From Styela clava (taxonomy: Eukaryota), in contig NC_135255.1 in NCBI RefSeq assembly GCF_964204865.1, positions 21,824,001-21,888,000 of the forward strand: 64,000 bases of DNA, written 5' to 3'. The translations under genes were made by a program, and so were the position numbers. The number at the start of each line of letters is the position of its first letter. Position 1 is the first letter of the stretch. The notes below the pieces were generated by a model. It did not search any database. It was not told the origin of the DNA and worked only from the letters and a program-made list of their open reading frames with translations. This document shows, piece after piece, positions 39,701 through 51,800 of this stretch.

Positions 39701-41437
39701 CTATAAAACGAGAATATCGGTCAGAGACCGAAGACTTATCGATCGAAAGTTAGGGGATCCCCCAAAACAGCGCTCTTGACACCTTGTGTCCCACCACTAA
39801 TTAATTGATAACTCGTTGATTATGGGACATAATTCGCCCAAAATCAATAGACTTCTGGTCCGAGATAAGATGAACGCACATGCAAAATGGAGCAGATTCA
39901 ATCTCGCTTTTGTGAGATATCGCGTGCATCTAACAGATATACAGACAGACAGACAAATACCTATCAACATACTTACCGATTACAATCGATAAGTAATGAC
40001 AAGTTGACATGAACAAAAACTGGTCAGACTCGATGCTCACTTTATCAATCTCAGTTAAGAAACACAAATGCAAGAGATTGTACCTGAAGTGTCACTCCTG
40101 TATCCACCCACTGCTCCCATCTGTGGTTCTTGGACATTTTTAGAGCTTTGGCTACTTGATGCAGTGTTGTCCAGGGAAGTTTCTGTATCTGCTCTAGTAC
40201 TTGTAGATGTTGGTTGCTGGACTGACTGATTAGAAGATTCTGAACCCTTTCTTGCTCGAGATAATATTTCATCAAAAAGTCTATCGTAGCATTTACGAGA
40301 GTCATTGACTAGAGTTTCCGAGCTGATGGTTTCTTCCAGAAATTTTGAGGGAAATTTTTTCAGGTCAAGAAGGCTGAACAGTTCATGAAAAATATTTTTC
40401 CTTTTTTGAATATCATGCTTTATCCATCTAAGAGCTCCATGCCATTTAACAGTCTCGGAAGAATATTTTGTGTTTGGGGATTTGTAAATCTCTATGATGT
40501 CATCCTTGCTGATATCACAAAACTCTTTTTTCTCAATGATTTGTTCGAAATTTGATTCCAGGAATTGATTCATCACATTTTTCACAGCATTTGGGTTGGT
40601 AACTTGATGAGTTTCAGCCATATTCTTCAGAATGAAGCAGTTGTCAATCTCAAGATTTGTCTCAAGATTCTTGACATCAGAGAATAATGCAGTGATGACT
40701 GAATTCTTTGCAATGTCATTACTTTTCACCAGTGGTTCTTCCAAGACAGTCTCCAGAAGAAATTTGAAAGGATAAGTCTGGATATTGATGACTGTAACAA
40801 GGTCGGCAAAACATCTCTCTGCATCTTCATCTTTTGCTCTTGCCCATGTTTTCATAGCTTGCCATGATGTTTGATAACTCGCATTTGAAACTTTTATGTA
40901 ACGCAGGAGATCTGGCTTAATAATGAACGGGAACATCTCAGAGGAAATTACTGATTTGAAATTAGTGATCAGCACCTGTTCTGCTTGTTCTTTTATATCA
41001 TGACGATCGTACGCTTGAGCCAAGTTGATGACAGAAAGACAATTGGTTTGAGAGAGATTGGTTTTCAAGTAATGGAAGCAAAAGTTTGTCAAGCCAACCA
41101 TTTGTAACAGGTTGGATGCTTGCAGGATTTGTTGAACGTACTCCATTTTCAAATTTCCTACTCCTTTATACATGAATTCTATACATTGGGAAATCCCATT
41201 CTGATCGACATCCTTCATATCAATAAACCCATCACGAGATTCCTTCATTATGCTCGTAAACATCGCTTTAAAGTATCCTGATGAGGCTGCCAAGACACAG
41301 CGATGAACACGGAAGGATTTGTCACCGACTTTGACATCGAAATCGCAGAGAATGTTTTGTTCTCTCAAGCTATCGAGTGATGTCATAAGCAAACCGGCTT
41401 GGGTTGAATTTGTTTGTTTAATGTAATCTTCATTCAT
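30799..41437 (-). CDS. BTB-BACK-BACK-ZU5/UPA-like-DTC protein, paralog 2, about 950 aa (exons 41437-40084, 39363-38578, 37940-37860, 37610-37545, 37185-37153 or -37135, 36225-36121, 34615-34458, 32662-32472, 30883-30799)
   Basis: All exons are bounded by AG/GT and stay in frame. ZU5 motifs: VGPGGGTI, VIFPQNAV, VSLPLHCAPGGLKFKFPV. DTC ends IIWNDEIPHKTNKRGGPD-NNGYPDDDHERKLCDALIAKLNAAGIEY*. The small internal exons are less certain. Confidence 0.75.
32088..32320. mobile_element. MITE with inverted ends (…CAAGATGGCGGAC…/…GTCCGCCATCTTG…); orthologous copy at ~60128-60360, relatives at ~28586-28670 and ~32726-32815
   Basis: Inverted terminal sequence; present in the introns of paralogs 2 and 3, absent from paralog 1. 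Confidence 0.65.
39708..39996. mobile_element. Helentron/DINE-1-like non-autonomous element; copies at 51967-52252 and partial at ~30087-30246
   Basis: Subterminal inverted repeat ACTTATCGAT/ATCGATAAGT, internal (CAGA)n and a 3' hairpin. The 51967 copy interrupts sequence that is contiguous at ~28270. Confidence 0.6.
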
Positions 41438-42365
41438 GATCAGTCAGCTCAACCTTACTCAGATCAGTAATTAAGTATAACAATCCTAACACCTGCATAA
41501 AAACAATACATTTTGTTAACGACTGTGGTTAATCTTCCAAATGAAAACTACATTTTATTATTGAACATAATAGATGATTTTGTTCATGTCAGCATATTAT
41601 TATACATCTGCAGGTCTGAATTTCTTGGAAAATTATCAAATGACAATTCTTGCCATCAAAATGATGAAGAAATGTGACTTCTGAGTTGTTTTGATTATTT
41701 CCAACTATGGCCATGAACCTGGAATGTTCAATTGCTCAGAAACATCCTGTGGTTGCCGTACTTACTCTCCTATCACATATCAGGATTAGTTTCACTCTTA
41801 TTCATTCGAAGTATTTGAGTATGAGATAGTGATAGATTCAGTAGATTGGAATAGTCTACCCATGCTATATCATAGTTCCAACCTCAGATAATATATTTCA
41901 CCTTTTAATGCAGGTCAATTGCAATACAAGACTTCTAAACATACAATATAATTATTGCGGCCGGTGAAAGTGAAATGGCATTTTTTCGAAATCTTCAGTT
42001 TCATAGCTAAATAGGACAGATCTGTTTTGTAGAACGTGAGCTGTGCTGCATTAAGTGGGGATTCCCATAACTACTCCTCAAAAACAAAATAATGGATTGA
42101 CAAAAAGTTTCTTTGCTAATATCTGAATATAGTACCGTAATAGTAAATAGATTAGTGAGTCTGTAAGTTCATTCTGTCATTGAAAGTCAACAAAATTTAA
42201 ATTTGGCTCGACTATTATAAGTTTATTTCGATTCTATGAATGAACACCGTAGGCTATATTAGTATAAGTTTATTTTGCCTATAATCAGAATGGGTGGAGG
42301 CTAACTCGCCATGAGGGCTAACTCGCCATGGACCACTCGCCATGCGACGGCGGTTAACGGGTTAG

Positions 42366-43420
42366 ATAGATAGATAGATAGATAGTTTATTTCGAAAACT
42401 CCATAACAAACCTAAATTTAAAATGGAGAATTCTGGAGGGCAAGCAAAACCTACAAAAAAGTTTAAAACATGAAGTACGGTATCTCATGTGCCTGCCCAC
42501 CAGCACGCACACAAAAACACAAGCCCAATTAAATGAGGCTTGGGCCAAACTTAAAAAACAAAATACACGATAGTAATAAACTTTCGGGCTGTTGTACTCT
42601 CTTTCAACAATTACGTTGATAATGACCAATACCTACAACCTCATGCAAAGATAATGTGGGGAGTGGAATGTAATAAATTTGCGACGATAGTCATACTCAT
42701 GAAGCCATGAAAGCTTTAAGAAAAACCAAGCCATGAAAAACTACACTGATTGCTAGATTGGGCATTGCGGAAAAGGTGATAAGTGGTTTAATATACAAAC
42801 AAACGCAAAACCATGGCGGCAAATTCGGTGTGCGGACACTCATAAAAGCAATTATTAGGAAAAACACTAATCACACGTGAGCAGGTCTGTAGCCTAATTG
42901 ATACATTGACGTGGCCAACATTGTTAAAACAGTACCGGTATACACACAGAGAGAACAAATCAAAAATATGCCACTAAATGAATGTTTAAAAATGTTACAC
43001 TGCAAACTATTTACACATATATAGTTGAATACTCAGTATTCAAGCGGAATTTCTAGAAATAGCAGTATATCATACTCTTTGTCACAAAATAAAATATCTG
43101 AATCAATCCCTGTTGTATTCATCTTTCGATTCTGTTATGATGTCCGTATGTTGCCTTTATGCTGCCATGTAATTTCATATTTCGGCCTTTACTTGTTAAG
43201 TGCTGGTTCATTGTTGTCAATCTAATCTTTCTGCGCCGTTCAAAAATGCGACCGCACCCGACGACTGCCAAACACAAACTCTAAATCCAATCTTTTATCC
43301 ATAAACCGGTGGATGGGCCTTGATCATGTTGATATCACGAGATACAAATCTAATAGTAAATTATCCTAGCTTAAAACTGTGAATTTCCCAACTCGCTTAA
43401 TACAACCAAATACTCCAATC
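42366..43420 (-). mobile_element. Insertion in the left MULE TIR ending in a non-LTR retroelement-like 3' tail
   Basis: Minus strand ends AATAAA-(CTAT)n; splits GGGTTAG|CCTGCAAC, which is contiguous in the right TIR. Confidence 0.6.
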
Positions 43421-43762
43421 AGCCTGCAACTGTGTGGAGGCTCTTCTTGTAATGGGAGATGGAAAGGTGGCTGTTTATACTAACAACTTCAATAGTAAGG
43501 ATAAATATATTAAATTAAATGTGTTTGGTTACAATACCTACTGTGCAAATGGTAACAAAGTGACAAGAAAACGTGCTTATATGTCGGAAGGCATACCGGT
43601 ACCGTACGGTACCGTACTCGACGCGCAAAGGATGTCTCAACTTATCATTTTCATCTAAGTATGCTAAATATATCATCATATTAATTGATTGTATGAGCTC
43701 TGAATCAACAACAACGCTAAATATATCAAAAGTTCTATTTTGCTACCGGCAGTCTCATTTTA

Positions 43763-44195
43763 TAATAATATAAATTATACCATATAAATATGCCAAGTTA
43801 TCGGCTTCCCCTCGCGGGATAAACATGAATTCAACCTCAACTCAGGCAGTGTCTGTATTCCGCAGTATAAGATTTCGCTGACGTTGCCATGGTTACTCAC
43901 AAGACGGTGCTCGGAGTCGTTATCCGTTTCACCTTGGATCGGGTGTCTTTTGGGTATGCACGTCGCCTCGACTTACTTTAACGTAAACCTGTTCTAATAT
44001 TTATTGTTTGTTTGATTTATATATTACTGTTATTTATCTATTACTGTTAGACTTGTCATGGGTGTCGCTGCTCGATCACCAGGTTTGGTGTCTCGCGCCT
44101 CCCTTCACCCTAAAGTACCATATTTCCTATTTCTTGTATTGTGTATTCACATTGTGTGCTTTAGAATGGTGAAAAAATAAATTACTGATTACTGA
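43763..44195 (+). mobile_element. Non-LTR retroelement 3' fragment in the left MULE TIR
   Basis: Ends AATAAA-TTACTGA-TTACTGA; absent from the right TIR. Confidence 0.55.
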
Positions 44196-44240
44196 TATTC
44201 TAACAGCCGTTGATTGCGAGCAGAGAGAGAGAGAGAGAGA

Positions 44241-44875
44241 GCTAACTCGCCATGTCCATTTTCTTTATAATTGACGATCGACATCGCGAGTTCGAGAGAG
44301 AGAGAGAGGGCTAACTCGCCATGTCTTTATTCTTTATAATTGACGATCGACATCGCGAGTTCGAGAGAGAGGGCTAACTCGCCATGTCTTTATTCTTTAT
44401 AATTGACGATCGACATCGCGAGTTCGAGAGAGTGAGAGGGCTAACTCGCCATGTCTTTATTCTTTATAATTGACCATCGACATCGCCATTTCGAGAGAGT
44501 GAGAGGGCTAACTCGCCATGTCTTTATTCTTTATAATTGACGATCGACATCGCGAGTTCGAGAGAGAGAGAGGGCTAACTCGCCATGTCTTTATTCTTTA
44601 TAATTGACCATCGACATCGCGAGTTCGAGAGAGAGAGAGGGCTAACTCGCCATGTCTTTATTCTTTATAATTGACCATCGACATCGCGAGTTCGAGAGAG
44701 AGAGAGGGCTAACTCGCCATGTCTTTATTCTTTATAATTGACGATCGACATCGCGAGTTCGAGAGAGAGTGAGGGCTAACTCGCCATGTCTTTATTCTTT
44801 ATAATTGACCATCGACATCGCGAGTTCGAGAGAGAGAGAGGGCTAACTCGCCATGTCTTTATTCTTTATAATTAT
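44241..44875 (+). repeat. Ten tandem ~67-bp units (GCTAACTCGCCATG...(GA)n), subterminal repeats of the MULE
   Basis: Motif starts at 44241, 44310, 44373, 44440, 44507, 44574, 44641, 44708, 44775, 44842; the same motif is at both element termini. Confidence 0.92.
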
Positions 44876-45281
44876 TCTTTATATTCTCGCTTTTCTCTTC
44901 GAATATTGGACCAATTGCTTTGACATTTTCAGTGGAAGATAGAATTTTTCTTTAAAAGGCTTTTTTTCGCTATGACGTCATCAAAATTAAGTGACTCTAC
45001 GTGTCCATATAGCTCTCTTGTTTTTCAATCGTAGTACAAATCTTTTTCTAATATCCCTTATCTTACGTTCGTATTAATGAGATAAAACGCAGATAATATA
45101 GGTGTGAGTTCGGAGATAAAGGGTAAAAGATAACAGCGACCCTGTTTCATCTACTTATCTACGAACTAGTTATCTTCGACATATCTACGATTTTACGCCA
45201 GCCCAGATAGTATTATCACTGAGATTCTACGAATTTCTATTACGACTTCGATTGTCTACGATTTTCAAACTCAAAGCAACG

Positions 45282-47501
45282 ATGAATGCAACTAATGTCT
45301 GCAACGAATGCATGTCTACAGTCACCAACAAACAAGAAGGCTTGATCTGCGACATTTGTGTTCGGTGGTTTCACCGAAAATGTTTCAATGGAACTACAGT
45401 AGGAATGTCCAGGCCGCAATACAGATTACTGAAAAGTCGAGACGTCACTTTTGACTGGAAATGCCTAGACAGCTACACAAAGGTAAGTATAGAAGATATA
45501 GTATATATCTATTTTCTATATAAGTATAAAAGTCAAAAAGTTGATTGATCTTGTGATGATCTTGTTTCTTTGCAGGCCGAAGATCAACAACAACAGCGGA
45601 ATGATTCCACGATACATCTGGCCCCGCCGACGAACATTCCACGACTCGTTGATTACTCCGACTCTGAATGCTCTGAGATTAGCCCAATACCTATGGTAAA
45701 TATCCTCTCTCATTACTCATTTAGATCCCTAGTGTTTCGCACCTAGCCTATATGTCTAACTTGTTGCTCTTTTTTACAGACTGAGGAAATTTTTACATTT
45801 CCCGTCGGATGTTCAGGGGTGGTGGAGTCATCCATAGAGGCTTCTGTTCCCAGGGACATATCCAGCGAAAATGCCGAGACGACCGTAGTGGAAGTGGAAG
45901 GGGACCTGAGTCAAAGAAAACACCCCAAGCTGTATGAGAGGCACGGTTACTCCTATACGGTTCTTCGCACTAATATCAACGGAAGTGGTGAGTTATAGTG
46001 AAACTCATATTACTACAACAAACAATTGCAATGTTTCTAATTAATCTTTTCTATCTACAGTTACCTGGCGGTGTTCGGTGCGGAGGAAAGGAAATATATG
46101 CCCGGCCAAGGTATACCAAACAGGAGATGATTTTAGTAAAAATGGTTTGGATCATACCCACGAACCTAGACCAAACGAACGGCCCCGCGTCCTTCTCAAC
46201 AGGGCAGTTTTGAAGCGCGGGTTGGAAAATCCGTACACGGCATGTGGAATCATTACGAAAGCGGCAAGGAGAGACATGACCAACCCGCCTTCTATAAGAT
46301 TCACTAATGTAAGTATCGTTGTAATTAGTTGTCCAATTTTAGTAGTGATTTTCAGTGTACTTAATTTTCATTTTTTCTACCTTTCCCTTTCAGGAAGGAA
46401 CATTGAAGAGGTTCTGCAATAGGAAAAGACAGGGAAACAGACCCACAGATCCATCAGATATTAACGATGAGTTGAAAATAGATTATTTACCTACTGATTT
46501 CTTATTAAAAGATATCAGAATAGAGGGAGCGCGTCACCTTTTGTTCGCAACCCAAAAGCAATTGAAAATTTTGGCCAATTCAGAAGTTTGGTACATGGAC
46601 GGTACTTTTGATGTTGTTAGAGACCCGTATTATCAACTCTTTTCAATTCACGCATTCGTTCGAAGTGGTGAATGTACCAAACAACTGCCCCTCGTTTTTG
46701 TTTTAATGTCAAGGCGACGTAAGTGTGATTATGAAAATGTTTTCAAGGCTATCAAAACTATACTGCATTTAAATTTTTCAGGTACTCGTGTGAAGAAATT
46801 TGTCATGGACTTTGAAGCAGCAACATGGCAAGCACTGTCTCTGGTATGGCCGGATGTGAGAAGACAGGGATGTGCATTCCATTTCACTCAGGCCATCATG
46901 AAGAACATGCGACAGAACAAATTAGCAAGTTTGTATAACAAGTGAGTAATTTAGTGCTCATATGCATTTATGTGTTTATATCATTAACGTTGTTGAATAT
47001 GTAATTTCCATTTTTCAGGGACATCGGGACGAGGGATTTAATGAAGCAAGTCATGGCCCTGTGTTATATTCCAGATATGTTCATCCCGTCGCTGTTCCTA
47101 TCTCTGCGAGGCAAAATAAGTTGAATAGATTTGCCGAATATTTCGACAGGCCATGGCTGAAGAACTCAGTTTGGAAACCAAATGACTGGTCAGTATTCGA
47201 CGTCGACGTTAGGACTAACAACCATTTGGAAGGGTGGCATCGGTACTTCAATAGCATAGCACGGACAAATATGCCTTTTTATAGCCTTATATCCAAGATT
47301 CACGAGGTCAGCATTGCGGTGGAATCAGATGTAGCAGAAGTAATGGAGGAAAATATACCAAGAAGGGCTGACGCAAAATACAGCGAGGCAAATGACAAGC
47401 TGAAGGAAGTTTGGAGTGTTTTCAAGGACGGAGGATTATCTGCGGAGGCTCTTCTTCGAAGATGTTCAAAAATCTACGGCCCGGCCTTTTGTAAAGAGTA
47501 A
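45282..47501 (+). pseudogene. PHD-FLYWCH-MULE transposase (exons 45282-45482, 45576-45695, 45780-45987, 46061-46308, 46394-46941, 47019-47501), frameshift near 47110-47120
   Basis: PHD CxxC...CxxC...HxxC...WxC; FLYWCH GYSY...TWRCS...C...HTH; MULE core WYMDGTF, QLFSIH, MDFEAA, GCAFHF, RTNNHLEGWH. The spliced frame KDIGTRDLMKQVMALCYIP...GKIS* stops, and the conserved C-terminus lies in another frame. Confidence 0.85.
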
Positions 47502-47943
47502 GTAACCTAGTGTAAGTATTTTTCCCCTTCCTCAGTTTCTTTTCCATGTACAGCTATGATGCCTATCTGTGCTTGGGTTTCTTCTGGTAAAAAGAAATTC
47601 TGACTCGAAGGCTGAAACCTTGTCGTGGTGAGTTGGCTTAACACTAATATCAGCCGGCATCAGGGCAATCGACAATTATATAGAAAATAGACATGGCGAG
47701 TTAGCCCCCTCTCTCTCTCGAACTCGCGATGTCGATCGTCAATTATAAAGAATAAAGACATGGCGAGTTAGCTCTCTCTCTCCCTCTCTGCTTGCAATCA
47801 ACGGCTGTTAGAATAAAATGAGACTGCCGGTAGCAAAATAGAACTTTTGATATATTTAGCGTTGTTGTTGATTCAGAGCTTATACAATCAATTAATATGA
47901 TGATATATTTAGCATGCTTAGATGAAAATGATAAGTTGAGACA

Positions 47944-48892
47944 ACAACAACAACAAAAGCACAGCAATTTAGGTTATAGATAGAATGCTCAAATAGTAGG
48001 GAGTAGGGACAATGGTTTTTGTTTGAGTAGCATGCTGTTCAATTTATTTCCATTGTTGCTACCTATCACCGAATCACACTTTTTCTTCTGCTCATCCCAG
48101 GATACCATATAATTTTATTATTTTAATTTACATTGGAAAATCCATGACATGGTAAAATGGCTTCTCTTTATAACTTATCATTCCCTATCCCACTGTACCT
48201 TTATAATCTTCTGGCTGAAATGCAACCATAATAGATTTTGTGGAAATGCTTTTTATTAATTTTTTTTTTTGAAACTTCATTGTTTTTGGCTGAATCCAGA
48301 ATTTCAAAAAAAACCTTATAATAGTGAGTCATTTGATACATACCTTTATTATCATATTTCGCCAAAACCTGTAGGGTCACATTTTGGCCAGAACAGCCAT
48401 AGACCACTTATAACACTGTCGCCCTTGAGTGGTGCATACCATATATGTACACACCCTTTAAACTTGACCATACCCGCGTTTTATAGTATGTGGTATCATC
48501 ACTCAATGGTATTGTACATTCATCCAAATTCTTAATTTTTTTTTTTTAAATTTTCATTACTATATTCATATGCATTGTGTTTCATGTTGTGTTGTGTCTC
48601 TATTTATAGATGTTGTTTTGTCTAACAAACTCCTTTGTACAAACAGTTTTGTACACTCCACCCATATCCCTGTTACCGCATCCACCCACTCTTCTTGCAC
48701 AACTGCCTGTATAAAAGACCATATTGTACATATTTGATTTACCCTATTATAATTTATATAAATCAAAGGGGTGTATGCCGCACATCTGTATTTTAGGCCA
48801 ATATGGTCTTGTGCATACATCCCGTCTTCAGTATTTATAAGTACTTACTCTTTTATATTGCTTTTACGAGACGAATAAACATACATACATAC
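47944..48892 (+). mobile_element. Non-LTR retroelement 3' fragment in the right MULE TIR
   Basis: Ends AATAAA-(CATA)n; flanked by AGACA on both sides; absent from the left TIR. Confidence 0.55.
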
Positions 48893-51800
48893 AGACATCT
48901 TTTGCGCGTCGAGTACCGTACGGTACCGGTATGCCTTCCGACATATAAGCACGTTTTCTTGTCACTTTGTTACCATTTGCACAGTAGGTATTGTAACCAA
49001 ACACATTTAATTTAATATATTTATCCTTACTATTGAAGTTGTTAGTATAAACAGCCACCTTTCCATCTCCCATTACAAGAAGAGCCTCCGCACAGTTGCA
49101 GGCTAACCCGTTAACCGCCGTCGCATGGCGAGTGGTCCATGGCGAGTTAGCCCTCATGGCTAGTTAGCCGTCAGCCATCAGAATAACAATAAAAGGATTG
49201 ATAAAAATAAATAAAAACTGATTATGAAATCAGAAGAGAAAACAAAACCTTAGATAAGGTTTAATAGGCAATTCTTTGCTCAGTCGTCATCCTTTAATTG
49301 AACCCCCTATCGCCAAAAAACTCAATCAGACCTCGCACAGCATTTTTTTTTAACAAGAAATTTATCACATTCACTTATGGATCCTGAAAACCAAAAATAA
49401 TTGCGATATTGTGTCAAAACAGCTGTTAAACAAAGAACCCATATTACGCCACACTGAAAAAGTGTTGATTACCGATGGTTAATCGTGTTGCGCAATCTGT
49501 GACGTCAGTCCCGTTTCTTTTTAGCCGCACCTCGTATGTGTGATTATATATTATACTACATTGTGATCTAATACAATACTAATCAGTGATCACCATAATA
49601 CAGTGTTTTCCAACCTATTTTTCTGAATTACCTTCTTTCGATTTAATAAGGGGTTTTATTCCCCACATACTAAAGCATCAAAAACAAATTGTTAAAACTT
49701 TCTTCAATTGCGGCCGGTTGGAAACCCCCTGCCGTAATAGAAACGGGCTCAGTTTAGAAAATAAAGATCACGGGAATAGGAGGTATATACTTTTATAAGG
49801 CTTTTTTCCCTAATGAACCTGACTAAAATCCGCCTGCCAATCTCCCGAGTCCAAGTAAGATAAAAGTCTAGTAGTGATAAGCCCATGCGGAGTACATCGC
49901 ACTCCGAAAACTTTCATGAGAGTTCATTGCAATTACAAAAAAATTACCAGCGTATAGAGAAAAAATTTCAACAACATAATATAACTAGCGCTTGAAATCG
50001 AATGCCTGTTAGATCAAAACGCAATAATGAAGTTATACCGAAAGTGCAATACTCTGAAACATTTTATACAAGTCAGCATGAGCACACGAGTCACTCGTGA
50101 TAAGCGAAATTTGGTTATAATGAGTCATTCTCCGAAACAAAGTGAAAAAGCATTTAAATATAAAATAAATGAAAAAGTATGAAATTTATCTCGATATGTG
50201 AGTTTTACAATTTCGAATCGAATTTATTCGAATCAACTGCAAGTTTGAATTTTCTTAAAAAACGCCGTGATATGTTAAAAAGGGGAATTGCATGATTCAA
50301 CAGGCGATACATAACGAAAAGTGGTTTTCGATCGGGTTCCGGTAGTAAAGTCCAGTGTTTCTATTCAAATCCGAGAGTATATTTAATATACATATATTGT
50401 TTAAAAATAATAAAATGCCTATTTAGGTTCGCCACTATTATTTAACCTGCTCTACTTTGAGAATCATTTTGTTTTGCCGGTGTTAGATATTTACTTTCGT
50501 ATTTATTCATAGTTTATACAATTCAGCTAATTAAACTATTGTAAACCGGTCCCTCGAGCCTCTGGAATTTTCATTGGGGTTCCGCTCCGACAAAAAGGTT
50601 GAAAGCTACTGATAGTCTTGCTTGTTGTCCCATCGTGCCAAACGTTAGGCAAAAGATTTCAAACGCATAACGAGGGATTGAAGCTTCAAATCCAGTGACG
50701 ATGACTATATGCGAGAGCATGCTCGGTGGCTTATGGGAAAACAATTAATGCAGGGGTGTGCAACCTTTGTGTCTATTGACGGTCGCAATACGGTTTAGAA
50801 AGAAAAACTACTGCCGATCGAAGTTTTTTTACGACATATATTCAATTAAAAAATTGGTTTTTATTGGCATCTCATTGACTTGCGTACATTTAGGAAGCGA
50901 TAAAATTTAAACAAATGTGCTGAATGAAAATTACTTGGAGTGGTCGAATTGAATAATTCCAACGAATGAAATATGTTCGACTATTTTCATCCACATTCGC
51001 TAGCGAGGCCTAGGCACGGAGGGTCCGAAAAAAATGTTAACAGCGCGACCTATTTTTTCCTAGAATGATTATTTCTTTGGCAGCATTCAAATGCGATATC
51101 CTACCGCTGATTTCCCCCGTAAAACGAGTATTACTAATTTTTGCGCCGTGGTGGACATAAAAGTTTAATTTATTTTTTTTTCCCGCAGAACTGTACATTC
51201 AGCGATTAGTCAGACGAACGCAAATGTCGCCTAAGCAACCATCGCCACCGCCAATAACTAATGAAATTATGGCATTACAAATAATGTTGCATTGTGCTTA
51301 TTTTGCGGCTGAAACACAGGTCATTACCACGCAGGTCGTGCACCCCCGAGTTGATGTAACCGCTGCTCAGTTACGATGCGGCTTTCGCGCACAGTCAAGT
51401 TTATACACCAAGACAGATTGTTTTTATAACCGATATATATTGTTAATTAATACAAATGCTATAGCTCATCTTGTGTAGGCAAGACCACACGCGTATGGTA
51501 AAACGCCTGTTTTGTCGTTAGCCTTATCACTCGGAATGGTGTGCTGAAACTATTTAGACCCAACTTGACAGTATTTTCATCATGAAAGAAAGGCCTAGCG
51601 ACCATGACCATGATGTTCAAGCATCTTATATTTTTCTTTGCAAAAGACTTGCGACAAGCCTGTGGAACACAGTCACGCAGATTGTCAAAGAAAAAAAAAA
51701 TTATTTTATTCCTACGATCAAAACCAGGTTACAATTATGTGCTCAAAAGTAACATAGATTGTCAAATAATATAAACTTTTTTTTATTTCTACGACTAAAA

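Larger units (their letters stand above)
42292..49176 (+). mobile_element. Mutator-like (MULE) DNA transposon with long interrupted TIRs
   Basis: 8-bp TSD ATCAGAAT (42284-42291, 49177-49184). Ends GGGTGGAGGCTAACTCGCCATG... / ...CATGGCTAGTTAGCCGTCAGCC. The TIR continues at 43421-43762 and 44196-44300, matching ~47690-47943 and 48893-49176. The empty site is visible in paralog 1 at ~21775. Confidence 0.9.

Noticed and set aside
44241-44875. CRISPR-like regularly spaced repeat
   Set aside because: No unique spacers: the whole 67-bp unit repeats, it lies inside a eukaryotic MULE, and there are no cas genes.
43434-49157. Mirror-image short ORFs on opposite strands (43434-43773; 47743-47967 and 48864-49157)
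   Set aside because: They are simply the two arms of the MULE terminal inverted repeat.
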